Shown: positions 44,642 to 53,586 of the stretch, in pieces
How positions within the stretch are numbered: position 1 is the stretch's first letter
Layout: each line of letters begins with the position of its first letter
Origin: a virus
Length of the DNA: 64,000 bases
IMG/VR virus record: IMGVR_UViG_3300028585_000003
Span: 3,302 to 67,301 of that record
Strand: one strand, 5' to 3'
Translations under genes and position numbers: made by a program
Notes under the pieces: generated by a model
The model's input: only the letters and a program-made list of their open reading frames with translations
Told to the model about the DNA's origin: nothing
Databases searched by the model: none

Positions 44642-45411
44642 GCATGCGAAAGCCAATTCAGACGGGCTTCGGCGCGTACATGGCCCAGTTCTACGGCCAG
44701 CTGGTCGCCGACACGCCCGCGATGGCCGAATTCATCAAGCGCGGCCTTGCAAAGTCAGTGGTATGGGCACCCGGCCGCATGATCGACAGCGTGGAGGAAA
44801 TGCTGGCCGAGTGGCGCAAGAACGACAACTCGGGCGGGCCGAGCGATTCGTCCTACCTGCCCGTCATGCTGTGCGCCATGAGCAAGGACTTCATGCCCAC
44901 CATGGCCGACTGGAACGTGGCCGTGGGCACGTCGGTGGACGTGATGCACCCGGACGACCCGCACAAGCGCGCCTACAAGCTGCGCACGTCGGCGGGCGAA
45001 TACCGGGTCCAGGTCGCCATCGTCGCGCCCGAGGTGGAAACCGCGCATAGCATCGCCCTGCAATTTAGCTTGTGGGCGAATGGCGACGGCGGCCGCCGCT
45101 TCCAGTGCCGCCATATGTTCGGCGGCCTCGCGCACGATTTCTCGGCCGTCCTGGAGGAAATCGACCTGGGCGCGATTGACGCGCGCACCGACCAGAAGAA
45201 CCTCACGATCCTGACCGTGAACATGAACCTGCGCACGGTCATCCCGATCTTCCGCGCGCCCGGCCAGGACGAGGCGAACGACGGCAAGCCAGCGCCAGCG
45301 GGCTACCCTGTGGCGCTGGAGGTGAATATGTTTGACACGGTAAGCCTTAACCGCGCCCGCAATTCCCTGTCCCTGACGGATGATCGAGCCATGACGGAGT
45401 GGAACCCATGA
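44638..45411 (+). CDS. P1-like morphogenetic (tail completion-like) protein
   Basis: Conserved position; MLAEWRKND, LPVMLCAM. Confidence 0.5.
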   Translation: MSMRKPIQTGFGAYMAQFYGQLVADTPAMAEFIKRGLAKSVVWAPGRMIDSVEEMLAEWRKNDNSGGPSDSSYLPVMLCAMSKDFMPTMADWNVAVGTSVDVMHPDDPHKRAYKLRTSAGEYRVQVAIVAPEVETAHSIALQFSLWANGDGGRRFQCRHMFGGLAHDFSAVLEEIDLGAIDARTDQKNLTILTVNMNLRTVIPIFRAPGQDEANDGKPAPAGYPVALEVNMFDTVSLNRARNSLSLTDDRAMTEWNP

Positions 45412-45866
45412 CGGTGCGACTACAGGCCGAGGTAACGGGCTACGGCGGCCCGGCCGCCAACCTTTTGGGCGCGCTGGACGCCGATAGCGGGCTGCTGATC
45501 GTGGCAAAGGAGCTGAAATTCGGCGAGCGCCTGGACGGCACCATGGTTACGTCCAACGACCCGCGTTCGGAGCGGCGCGACCGGCTGTTCACCGAGGACG
45601 ATTTGCAGGACGCGATCAGGCTATTCTTCCGCGCCCAGTCCACCGCAATGATTGAGCTGCTGTCGCCCGTTACCAAGCATGAGGTGGCGCACAAGATCGA
45701 GAAGAACGGCGTGGACGAAAACGGCACCAAGTACCGCCTGAGCCCGGATATCACAAACGGTAACGTCGCCGTCCTGGCGCTGGTGGCGATGGCTGACCGC
45801 GCCTACAAGGCGCAGAGCGCGACAGATTTTTCGCAAGAGCTGGCCGACTTGTTTATGTCGATCTAG
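45408..45866 (+). CDS. P1-like morphogenetic hypothetical protein
   Basis: Operon context; YRLSPDITNGNVAVLA. Confidence 0.5.
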   Translation: MTVRLQAEVTGYGGPAANLLGALDADSGLLIVAKELKFGERLDGTMVTSNDPRSERRDRLFTEDDLQDAIRLFFRAQSTAMIELLSPVTKHEVAHKIEKNGVDENGTKYRLSPDITNGNVAVLALVAMADRAYKAQSATDFSQELADLFMSI

Positions 45867-45869
45867 CGG

Positions 45870-45912
45870 TAGGAAAACGACGGGATAGCCTGCCCAGGGC
45901 GCGCCTCAAAAT
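45870..45912 (+). promoter_or_regulatory. Candidate late promoter TAGGAAAA-N29-CAAAAT
   Basis: Upstream of second tail fibre gene. Confidence 0.6.
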
Positions 45913-45936
45913 AGGGCCACCTATTTTGAGGCCCAT

Positions 45937-47238
45937 ATGGCGACTCCCGTAAATCTCAATCCGAAAATCACGCAAGGCGGCCTTGCGATCACGCCGTCGG
46001 TACAAAATCCAGGGCTGCACGTCGAGCTGACGCACGTTGCCCTGGGCACCGCTCGCTATGTGCCGACCGGAACCGAAAACGCCCTGCGCGCCGAGGTGGC
46101 GCGGTTCCCCATCACCAGCGGCACCAGCCCACGCCCGCGCGTCATTCAGGTGGGCTTGACCGTCGGCGACGTGGACCCGCAAGGCAAGAGCGCCAACGGC
46201 AAGGGCATCGGCGAAATCGGCTTCTATGCCGGTAACACGCTTTGGGCCGTGTGGAGCCAGGACGCCGAGCCGCTGTTCTACAAGTCGCAGGCGTTCGATA
46301 TCCCGATGGCCTACACGATGGACGTGTCGGTGCTGCCGGATGGATCGGTGACGGTTACGGTCGATATGAGCAAGGCGGGCCTGGAGGCACTGATTCTGGC
46401 GCACGAAGCCAAGGCCGACCCGCACCCGCAATACTTCAACCAGCAGCGCGCCGCCGCCGCGTTCGCGCCGAAGTCGCACACGACCGACCCGGACCCTCAC
46501 CCGCAATACGTGACGCCGGATGAGGGCGCGGCATCCTATGCGCCGAGGTCGCACCTCAACGAGCCAGACCCGCACCCCCAATACCTGACGCCATCGGAAG
46601 GCAATGCGTCGTATGAAGGGCGCTTCGCGCGAGGCACGCGCCTGCTGTTCCAGCAGACCAGCGCCCCGCTCGGCTGGACGAAGATCACCGACTTCAACAA
46701 TGCCGCCCTGCGCGTGGTGAGCGGGGCCGTCAGCTCGGGCGGTGAGGTGGACTTTACCGCAGCTTTCGCGTGGCGCACGCCGTCCGGCTCGGTGAGCACT
46801 ACCGGCTCGGTCAGTACGACGGGTTCCGTTGCCACGGCCGGTTCCGTTTGGACGAGCGGCGAGGTGAGCACCTGGGGCGCGGTGGGTGGAACGACCTTGA
46901 GCGTCGGCCAGATGCCAGCCCACAACCACGCCAACGGCATTTTCTCGTATCTGCTGCGCCCGCCCTACTACGGCTCGATGACTGGTGCCGATACCGTCAA
47001 CAGCGGCACGGAGCAGGCCGTCGGCGTCGGCGATGGTGCCTATATGGCGACGGTGGGCGGCAACGAATCCCACACGCACAGCCTGAGCTTGGCGTCGAGC
47101 ATGACAGCCAATTCCAGCTTCTCGGGTTCGTCCACCTTCAACGGCCAATCCACTTTTAGCGGCCAATCCACTTTCACCGGCACCGGCATGAACTTCGCCG
47201 TGAAATACACCGACGTAATTATTGCGAGCAAAGACTAA
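45937..47238 (+). CDS. Second tail fibre protein (baseplate-attachment N-domain, 3x DPHPQY, collar/needle)
   Basis: LTHVALG...EIGFYAG; FQQTSAPLGWTK; TLSVGQMPAHNH; GSVSTT repeats. Confidence 0.8.
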   Translation: MATPVNLNPKITQGGLAITPSVQNPGLHVELTHVALGTARYVPTGTENALRAEVARFPITSGTSPRPRVIQVGLTVGDVDPQGKSANGKGIGEIGFYAGNTLWAVWSQDAEPLFYKSQAFDIPMAYTMDVSVLPDGSVTVTVDMSKAGLEALILAHEAKADPHPQYFNQQRAAAAFAPKSHTTDPDPHPQYVTPDEGAASYAPRSHLNEPDPHPQYLTPSEGNASYEGRFARGTRLLFQQTSAPLGWTKITDFNNAALRVVSGAVSSGGEVDFTAAFAWRTPSGSVSTTGSVSTTGSVATAGSVWTSGEVSTWGAVGGTTLSVGQMPAHNHANGIFSYLLRPPYYGSMTGADTVNSGTEQAVGVGDGAYMATVGGNESHTHSLSLASSMTANSSFSGSSTFNGQSTFSGQSTFTGTGMNFAVKYTDVIIASKD

Positions 47239-47567
47239 TGGAACTCAAAAACGCCCCATTTTGCCCACTCATCAAAAAGGACTGCAAGCAGCTCGGCTGT
47301 AGCTGGTTCACGCAGGTGCGCGGCCGCGATCCGCAAAGCGGCCGTGACATTGACGAATGGGGCTGCGCGATCACCTGGCTTCCGGTCCTGCTGATCGCGA
47401 ACGCCAACGAGGCCCGCCAGGGCGCGGCGGCCACCGAATCATTCCGCAACGCCGTCATGGGCGCGCACCAAGCGGCGCAGCCCCCGAGCGCCCCGCCGAC
47501 CGTCGGCGCGTCCATGGCCCAGGTGATCGAAACCGTTGCAACTCCACCCCAAATCAAACAGGAATAA
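47238..47567 (+). CDS. Cys-rich fibre-associated phage protein
   Basis: CPLIKKDC-CSWF-WGCAITWLP-ESFRN. Confidence 0.6.
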   Translation: MELKNAPFCPLIKKDCKQLGCSWFTQVRGRDPQSGRDIDEWGCAITWLPVLLIANANEARQGAAATESFRNAVMGAHQAAQPPSAPPTVGASMAQVIETVATPPQIKQE

Positions 47568-47570
47568 ACC

Positions 47571-48215
47571 ATGAAACTGACCATCATTCCAGACGATAAG
47601 ACTGTCCTCATCAATGGCGAGCGCTTCGAGGTCGATTGCGCGGCCCTGGTCGCGCAAGGCATCCATGCGGTGCAGTGGTACGGCTCGCGCGGGCACATCG
47701 AATTCAAGGACGCGGACGACGGCAGCAAGCCCGAAAACGAGCAGATCGAGAGCATCGAGCGCTTCGAGCCGGTCATCCAGGCGTGGCGCGATGCCAAGGC
47801 CGCAACGGCGCAGGAAGACGTGCCCGAGCCGGACACGCTGGAGCAGGCCCAGCACAAGGCGCTGCGCGCTGTAAATGCCCGCTTCGCCCTGGAGCTGGCC
47901 GCCGTGCGCGCCAACTGCCCGGCCGACGAAGTGCAGTCGTGGGCGCGGCAGGAGGCCGAGGCGCGCGCCTATGCTGCCGACAGCGCCACCTCGACGCCGC
48001 TGCTGTCGGCCATGAGTGCCGCGCGTGGCGTGGAGCTGGGCGAGCTGGCCGCGAAGGTCATCGCGAAGTCCGATCAATACGTCCAGGCGAGCGGCCGCAT
48101 CATCGGCATCCGGCAGGCGTGCGAAGCGGCCATTGCAGCGGCGCAGACGCCAGAGGCGGCAAGCGCCGTCGTGTGGCCTGAGCCGGTGCTGCCTGCTGCC
48201 CAGGCGGGCGGCTGA
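47571..48215 (+). CDS. Tail fibre assembly/chaperone protein
   Basis: HAVQWYG N-domain; EVQSWARQEAEARAY C-domain. Confidence 0.65.
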   Translation: MKLTIIPDDKTVLINGERFEVDCAALVAQGIHAVQWYGSRGHIEFKDADDGSKPENEQIESIERFEPVIQAWRDAKAATAQEDVPEPDTLEQAQHKALRAVNARFALELAAVRANCPADEVQSWARQEAEARAYAADSATSTPLLSAMSAARGVELGELAAKVIAKSDQYVQASGRIIGIRQACEAAIAAAQTPEAASAVVWPEPVLPAAQAGG

Positions 48216-48216
48216 C

Positions 48217-48531
48217 GTGTCGCCCATCGCTGCCGCGAAGTTCATTGCGGCCGTGCGCAAGTTCGCCGTGCAGACCCCGAGCTGGGGCGCGGCGATCCGC
48301 TACCACACCAGCCCGGACGAGCGTTTCGACCTGACGCTGATCGCGTTTCGCGTCTACGGCAACCGCTCGGAATTCCTGGCGATCTTCGCGGCGGCCGGGC
48401 TCGACACGCTGGAGCAGGAGCTGGACGAGCGCCTGCTGGTGCTGCCCACGGCTGCACAGTTGCAGCTCATCAAACTGGAAACCGGATACCTGACCGATGC
48501 AGAAAAACGCGCGTATAACGCACTCAATTAG
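48217..48531 (+). CDS. Tail X/LysM-like baseplate protein
   Basis: DLTLIAFRVYG...LVLPT; GTG start. Confidence 0.5.
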   Translation: MSPIAAAKFIAAVRKFAVQTPSWGAAIRYHTSPDERFDLTLIAFRVYGNRSEFLAIFAAAGLDTLEQELDERLLVLPTAAQLQLIKLETGYLTDAEKRAYNALN

Positions 48532-49531
48532 CGCCGCAACCGCCCGGCTTAGCTCGGCGCGGCGCGAGGCGCAGGAAGCCGCGGAATTCGATCTGGCGCG
48601 GCGGCAGGGTGCCACCACGATCCTGCGCCCGGAAGAAATCTCCGGCGACTATGATGCTGGCCGCGCACTGAAAACGACTCTGGGCGGCGTGGTGCGCAAC
48701 CTGACCCTGGACGATATGCGCGCCTTCCAGGCGAACGTCCAGATACTCAAAAAGAAATTCACAGGCGGCATCAAGGCCCAGGACGTGATCGACCTCGCGC
48801 TGGAGTCCGACAAGACCCGCGCGAACAAGCAGATCAACATGGCCGTGCCCGCCTCGATCCTGGGCGGCAAGGTGCATTTCATCACCAACGCCGGGCCGGA
48901 TTCGGACGTGACGCGGCACCACGTACACGTCGAGTTCCTGGACTTCAACGCCGTGGTGGGCGCATCGCCGAACGAGCCGAAGAAGCTGGGCAAGTTGCTG
49001 GCGGCCGGGCGGCTGCTGTTCGACTGCGATTGCGGCCGTCACACGTTCTGGTATCGCTACATGGCGACCGTCGGCCGGTACAACTACGGCCGCGCGGAAA
49101 CCGGCTACCCGAAGATCAGGAACCCGAAGCTGGCGGGCGTGGCGTGCAAGCACGTCCTGCGCACCATGCACGTCGTCCTGAAAGATTCCAACGTCCACCT
49201 CAAGCTGGCCCAGTCGGTGCTCAAGGCGCGCGACGTGCTCGACGGCCGCAAGGTGAAAGCCGAGCGCGTCAAGGTGGCCGAGCTGCGCGAAATGGCGGCC
49301 GCCCAGGGGAATAAGCGCGCCAGCAGCACCAACCTGCAAACCAGTGCGGAGAAGAAGCGCAAGGCAGCCGTCGCCAAGGCCCGGCGCGATATGAAGAAGG
49401 CAGCTGTCGAGCGGGCCGACCCTGCGGCGAACCTGCGGCGCGTCGAGCAGCACGCAGGCGAGCTGCTGCGCATGGGTGCGATCACCCAGGCGATCTATGA
49501 GCAAATCATCAAAGGAGCGCAACCGCAATGA
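48497..49531 (+). CDS. P1-like protein with SWIM-type Zn finger
   Basis: FDCDCGRH...GVACKHV. Confidence 0.6.
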   Translation: MQKNARITHSISAATARLSSARREAQEAAEFDLARRQGATTILRPEEISGDYDAGRALKTTLGGVVRNLTLDDMRAFQANVQILKKKFTGGIKAQDVIDLALESDKTRANKQINMAVPASILGGKVHFITNAGPDSDVTRHHVHVEFLDFNAVVGASPNEPKKLGKLLAAGRLLFDCDCGRHTFWYRYMATVGRYNYGRAETGYPKIRNPKLAGVACKHVLRTMHVVLKDSNVHLKLAQSVLKARDVLDGRKVKAERVKVAELREMAAAQGNKRASSTNLQTSAEKKRKAAVAKARRDMKKAAVERADPAANLRRVEQHAGELLRMGAITQAIYEQIIKGAQPQ

Positions 49532-50025
49532 TTAACAACGTGCCAGTGGCGATCACCAAGGCGGCCAGCGCCGTCACGCGCAAGCACCCGAATTCGATGG
49601 ATTGCGTGGTGTATCGCAAGGTGCTGACCGACCCGGACGACGGGCAGAATATGGGCGGCCTGTCCACCTTGGGCGGCATGGGCGTGCTCAAGGGCGAGGA
49701 CGAAGCCGATTTCGAGTACCAGAAGGTAGGGATGGGCCGGATTTTGATAACGGCCCGTTTCGAGGGCGGGGAAATCTCAGACCGGGGAGACAGCATCGTG
49801 CCGGATCAGCCAATGCAGGAGGCGCAGATCGTCAGCGCCGCCAACGTGCCGGACTTCCAGGTGCAAAAGGGCGATCTGGTGGGGGTGATGCCGGGCGGCG
49901 GGGTGCTGATCGGGTTCGAGATTATCGGGCAGACCGGCAACATCGCGATCTACCCGTATGCGTCAAAGTGGGTTATCGCGCCGCGTGATGAGCTGCACGA
50001 CCTTGCGCCTTGGAAGGAAGGCTAG
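49528..50025 (+). CDS. Head-tail connector-like protein (P1-type)
   Basis: DCVVYRK...GGMGVL; position. Confidence 0.5.
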   Translation: MINNVPVAITKAASAVTRKHPNSMDCVVYRKVLTDPDDGQNMGGLSTLGGMGVLKGEDEADFEYQKVGMGRILITARFEGGEISDRGDSIVPDQPMQEAQIVSAANVPDFQVQKGDLVGVMPGGGVLIGFEIIGQTGNIAIYPYASKWVIAPRDELHDLAPWKEG

Positions 50026-50408
50026 AACAGCGAGAATCGCGGGTTGCGCGTGAAGTACATCGCGCCCGCTTCGAGCGAAGGGTGGGGGCAAACCTGCGCC
50101 TTGTAGCGCTCGGGCACGACCAGCACCACGTCCGGACCATGGTACAGAATGTCGCCGTTCTCCAGGTCATAGCCGTGGTCGGCGAACAGCTTGCGCAGCG
50201 GCGCGGCTTCCCGCGACATTTGTTCCATCAGCTTGTCGAACGACGCCCGCACCCCCGCGAAATCGGGCGCTTGCGCTTGCGGTGGGGCGGCGCTGACGGT
50301 ACTCGCGAACAATGCGCTTGCAATCGGCGCTGAGACTTCGAGCGGCGGCATAGCGATGTTGTCGAGCGGGGTGAGTTCGAGTACGTCAAGCAGCTTGAGG
50401 GGCGTCAT
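50022..50408 (-). CDS. Hypothetical protein
   Basis: Last gene of leftward accessory operon. Confidence 0.5.
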   Translation of the reverse strand: MTPLKLLDVLELTPLDNIAMPPLEVSAPIASALFASTVSAAPPQAQAPDFAGVRASFDKLMEQMSREAAPLRKLFADHGYDLENGDILYHGPDVVLVVPERYKAQVCPHPSLEAGAMYFTRNPRFSLF

Positions 50409-50410
50409 GG

Positions 50411-50950
50411 CTAGGCCGCTTTCCGCTTGGCCTGGGGCTTTTGCTGGTTCGCGTAGGCGACCAGCGCCAGCGTCAGCGCATCGCGCACTGCGCCGCGTTC
50501 GGCGCTGCCATTCGTCATCTTGTCGAGCGCTTCGGCCGCCTCCTTTGGAATCCAGCAGGTCAGGCGGCGCTCTCCACGCTCACGCTTCGCAGTGTCCGAC
50601 TCGCCGCGCTTCTCCCGGTCGTATGTTCTGCGGCCGTCACGGTCTTTTGGAACCTTTGGCTCCCCCAGTTGGCGCGGCGCAGGTATGCGCTGCGGCAAAG
50701 GCGCGTAATCGTCGGAATCGAGCGAGGTGGCCGCGAACGCCAGTCCTGGCTGGGCCAGCGCAACCTCGCATGCTTTGCGGTTGCCGGTAACAGTCCAGTA
50801 CGTTATCAGGTGCCGCACGCTGATGACGATGCCGAAGTTTTCCAGGGCGGCCACGGCCGTGCGCTGCGAAGTCGCCGCCACGATAACGGCAACCTGCTTG
50901 CCGTTGACCATGCTCGCGCCGCTGTAGACCTTCATTTCACCTATTCTCAT
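50411..50950 (-). CDS. Hypothetical protein with C-terminal RHH-like segment
   Basis: RLTCWIPKEAAEALDKM...RDALTLAL. Confidence 0.55.
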   Translation of the reverse strand: MRIGEMKVYSGASMVNGKQVAVIVAATSQRTAVAALENFGIVISVRHLITYWTVTGNRKACEVALAQPGLAFAATSLDSDDYAPLPQRIPAPRQLGEPKVPKDRDGRRTYDREKRGESDTAKRERGERRLTCWIPKEAAEALDKMTNGSAERGAVRDALTLALVAYANQQKPQAKRKAA

Positions 50951-50974
50951 GCTCTGCTATTCCTTGTTTTCTTG

Positions 50975-51364
50975 TTACGTTCTCATCGCGTCGAGAACGG
51001 CCGGGCCAGGAATCGGCGTCAGATCGTCCTCGCTGTATTCTGCTGCTTCCCATACGACGTTCACAATCGCCCGCTTATCCTCTTGGTGCCCAGCGATGTA
51101 CCCGAGGTAGCCCTCTTTGGTATAAACCTGCTGGAAGCGCTCAAACCGGGCTTCCTGGGGCGTTTCCTCGGTGGGCTGGCCTGCCGGTTTGAATTGCGTG
51201 CCGAATTTTGCCAGGAGCGCGGCGCGCTGGCGCTCGCGGATTTCCGCTGCTGCGCGCCCGAGCAGGGCAAGCAATTCGTCCGGGTCGCTATCCGGTCGAT
51301 AAGTGGCCGTGTCGAGAATCGCCTTGATGGCGTCGAAGTCGGCCGCCGTCTGGTGTAGGGACAT
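50975..51364 (-). CDS. Hypothetical protein
   Basis: GGAG RBS. Confidence 0.55.
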   Translation of the reverse strand: MSLHQTAADFDAIKAILDTATYRPDSDPDELLALLGRAAAEIRERQRAALLAKFGTQFKPAGQPTEETPQEARFERFQQVYTKEGYLGYIAGHQEDKRAIVNVVWEAAEYSEDDLTPIPGPAVLDAMRT

Positions 51365-51373
51365 TCAGCGCTC

Positions 51374-51661
51374 CTAATCCGGGTCGCGGCCAACGAGCTG
51401 CGCCAGTTCGGGCGGCATGCCGCGCGCCTGCATCCGGTCAGCAATTTCGCTGCGCTGATTGCGCCAGAGCATGAACGACTCGGTTTCGACCAGCTGCGGC
51501 GCGGGCACATACCCGGCCGGTTCGTACAGGTTTTCCCAGTCCTCGCCCGCCTTGAATTTCTCGATGGCCTCGGCCTCGGTGACGTTCAGGTACACGTAGT
51601 CGGTGTTTTTGTCCGGCGAAAAAATTACGGCCGGGTAGCGCTTCGGCTCTTGCGTGCTCAT
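51374..51661 (-). CDS. Hypothetical protein
   Basis: GGAGA RBS. Confidence 0.55.
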   Translation of the reverse strand: MSTQEPKRYPAVIFSPDKNTDYVYLNVTEAEAIEKFKAGEDWENLYEPAGYVPAPQLVETESFMLWRNQRSEIADRMQARGMPPELAQLVGRDPD

Positions 51662-51679
51662 GGTGTTCTCCGTGGTGGG

Positions 51680-52234
51680 TTAGAAGCCGTATTTCTCGGC
51701 GCAGATAGGGCCGATGCCGCGTTCGATGCTTTCCGGGTCCGTCAGCTCGCGGCCGCAGCACGCGCATTGGCCGGTTTCGCGGCCGTAGGCGACGGCGGCC
51801 GCCAGTGGATCGGCGCACAGGGCGACAATCTCGGCCTGCTTTCCCGCGTCGCAGTCGCGCGCCGGGGTGAAAGTGCCGTCGGCGATCTTGCCCAGGTATT
51901 CGTCGCTGCTGGTGACGTAGATCGCGCCCTTGTTGCGGCCAGTGGCCGGTGCCAGCTTGAGCACGAAACCGGCGAGGCGCATTTTCGGACGCTTCAAGCC
52001 GCTTTCGATGGCGCTGGCGAACGCCTCTTGCATCTTGGCGACGCTGCCAACCTCGATAGCTTCGATGGGTGCGGCAGCCGGGCGGTTGAGCTGGCGCGTA
52101 ACGGCGGCAACTTGCTTTTCGGTCAGGTTGCCGGTGCGGAGAAGCTGCTGGTCGAGCGAGTGCGCGAAGTCATTGGTGCCCGCGTTTGCGATGATCCACT
52201 TGATTTCCGGCGCGTTCGATTTGATTTGCAGCAT
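51680..52234 (-). CDS. DUF6011-like Zn-finger protein
   Basis: CACCGRELTDPESIERGIGPICA. Confidence 0.7.
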   Translation of the reverse strand: MLQIKSNAPEIKWIIANAGTNDFAHSLDQQLLRTGNLTEKQVAAVTRQLNRPAAAPIEAIEVGSVAKMQEAFASAIESGLKRPKMRLAGFVLKLAPATGRNKGAIYVTSSDEYLGKIADGTFTPARDCDAGKQAEIVALCADPLAAAVAYGRETGQCACCGRELTDPESIERGIGPICAEKYGF

Positions 52235-52259
52235 AGCAGCTCCCCTTGTTAATGAACCG

Positions 52260-52288
52260 ATTTTATGCGCTCATAACTTGTGAGTCAA
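52260..52288 (-). promoter_or_regulatory. sigma70 promoter with TGAGCGCA spacer motif
   Basis: TTGACT-17-TAAAAT. Confidence 0.75.
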
Positions 52289-52303
52289 GCGGTTTTAGTC
52301 GCA

Positions 52304-52346
52304 TAGGAAAACTCGACGGAAAGCCCTCTTTCGCGCACCCGAGAAT
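52304..52346 (+). promoter_or_regulatory. Candidate late promoter TAGGAAAA-N29-GAGAAT
   Basis: Upstream of operon leading to Dar-like cluster. Confidence 0.6.
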
Positions 52347-52379
52347 GGTGGGATTCACCTCATCAATAAGGAGCGCAAC

Positions 52380-52757
52380 ATGCCATGGGTACATTCTGAC
52401 GTTCAAGACGGCATCTTGAAATTCATTCGCGATAACGCGGCCAAAATCGTGCTGGTCAAGGCATATACGCCCGGCGACTCGTTCGCTACCGTCATGGGCA
52501 ATTCGCTCGGCGAGGCGGCCGTGGGCGCTGCTGACTTCGCCCTGTCCACCCCGGCTGCGGGCGTGCGCCGCCTGACGTTCAACGGCAAGACCGGCCAAGC
52601 CAGCAAGACCGTCGCCGCTGGCAACGATCTGGTATTCGTGTTCGTCAGCGCCAACGCCGTGCTGTGGCAGACCGACGAAACGACCAACATGGCCGTGACC
52701 GAGAACAACCCGATTACGTTCCCGCAGCTGGTCTACAACGTCGGCCAGCCGACCTAA
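52380..52757 (+). CDS. Putative virion structural protein
   Basis: AAGGAG RBS; beta-rich. Confidence 0.55.
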   Translation: MPWVHSDVQDGILKFIRDNAAKIVLVKAYTPGDSFATVMGNSLGEAAVGAADFALSTPAAGVRRLTFNGKTGQASKTVAAGNDLVFVFVSANAVLWQTDETTNMAVTENNPITFPQLVYNVGQPT

Positions 52758-52762
52758 GCACC

Positions 52763-53182
52763 ATGGATATCCGCGAACGAATCCGTGCGCGCCGCGACCT
52801 GGACGCCATGCGCGCCGCGCGCGATCTGGATGGCCTCGCCGCTGCGCTCAATGCCGAGGGACTTACTGCGGTCGCCGAGCGCTGGGTAACAGGTCGCACC
52901 ATCCTGGAGCATTGCCCGGACGGCGAGGCCATCATTGCTGCGCTCGAAGCAGCGGCGAGCGGCAGCGTGGCAACCCGCTGGACGGTGGCATTCCTGCAAT
53001 CTGATCCAGGCGTCGATATGGGTCGCAAGGCGACCATCGACAAGACTGACAAGCTGGTGGAACTGGGTGCGCTGTCGCAAGCGCAGGCCGACCAGCTCAA
53101 GGCGCTCGCCATGCTGCCCGTCGCCGTCACCCGACTTGAAGTGGAAGCCGCCATGTACAACCGCGATACGACGGAGAAATAA
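52763..53182 (+). CDS. Hypothetical phage protein
   Basis: Operon context. Confidence 0.55.
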   Translation: MDIRERIRARRDLDAMRAARDLDGLAAALNAEGLTAVAERWVTGRTILEHCPDGEAIIAALEAAASGSVATRWTVAFLQSDPGVDMGRKATIDKTDKLVELGALSQAQADQLKALAMLPVAVTRLEVEAAMYNRDTTEK

Positions 53183-53187
53183 TAATT

Positions 53188-53586
53188 ATGGCACGCACCA
53201 GTGCATCAATCGTCCTGCTGGACGCGGCCGTTGTGGCGGCATCCAGTGGAACCAAGGGCGCGCCCGGCGCGATGACGCCGGGCGGTTTCTATGACAACCG
53301 GCTCAACTACGATAGCCCGCTGGGCATCACCATCAAGAACCGGGCCATCGCGCCCGGCGCGCCGTGCATCGTCGTGATTCAAGTTGCTGATGACCCTGCC
53401 GGGCCTTGGACGGACTTCGATTCGGTATCGGGCGACACCATGCCATATTCGGCAGCCTCGCTTGCGGGCTTGACCACCAAAACCATCGTCATGCCGAAAG
53501 CGCGTTATATCAATGTCATCGCTTATGGCAACACGTCGCAGGACGTTGACGTGAAAGTGCGCCTGCACGCGGTAACGGGGCTGTAA
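53188..53586 (+). CDS. Putative beta-sandwich virion protein
   Basis: Operon context; TAATG coupling to next gene. Confidence 0.55.
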   Translation: MARTSASIVLLDAAVVAASSGTKGAPGAMTPGGFYDNRLNYDSPLGITIKNRAIAPGAPCIVVIQVADDPAGPWTDFDSVSGDTMPYSAASLAGLTTKTIVMPKARYINVIAYGNTSQDVDVKVRLHAVTGL

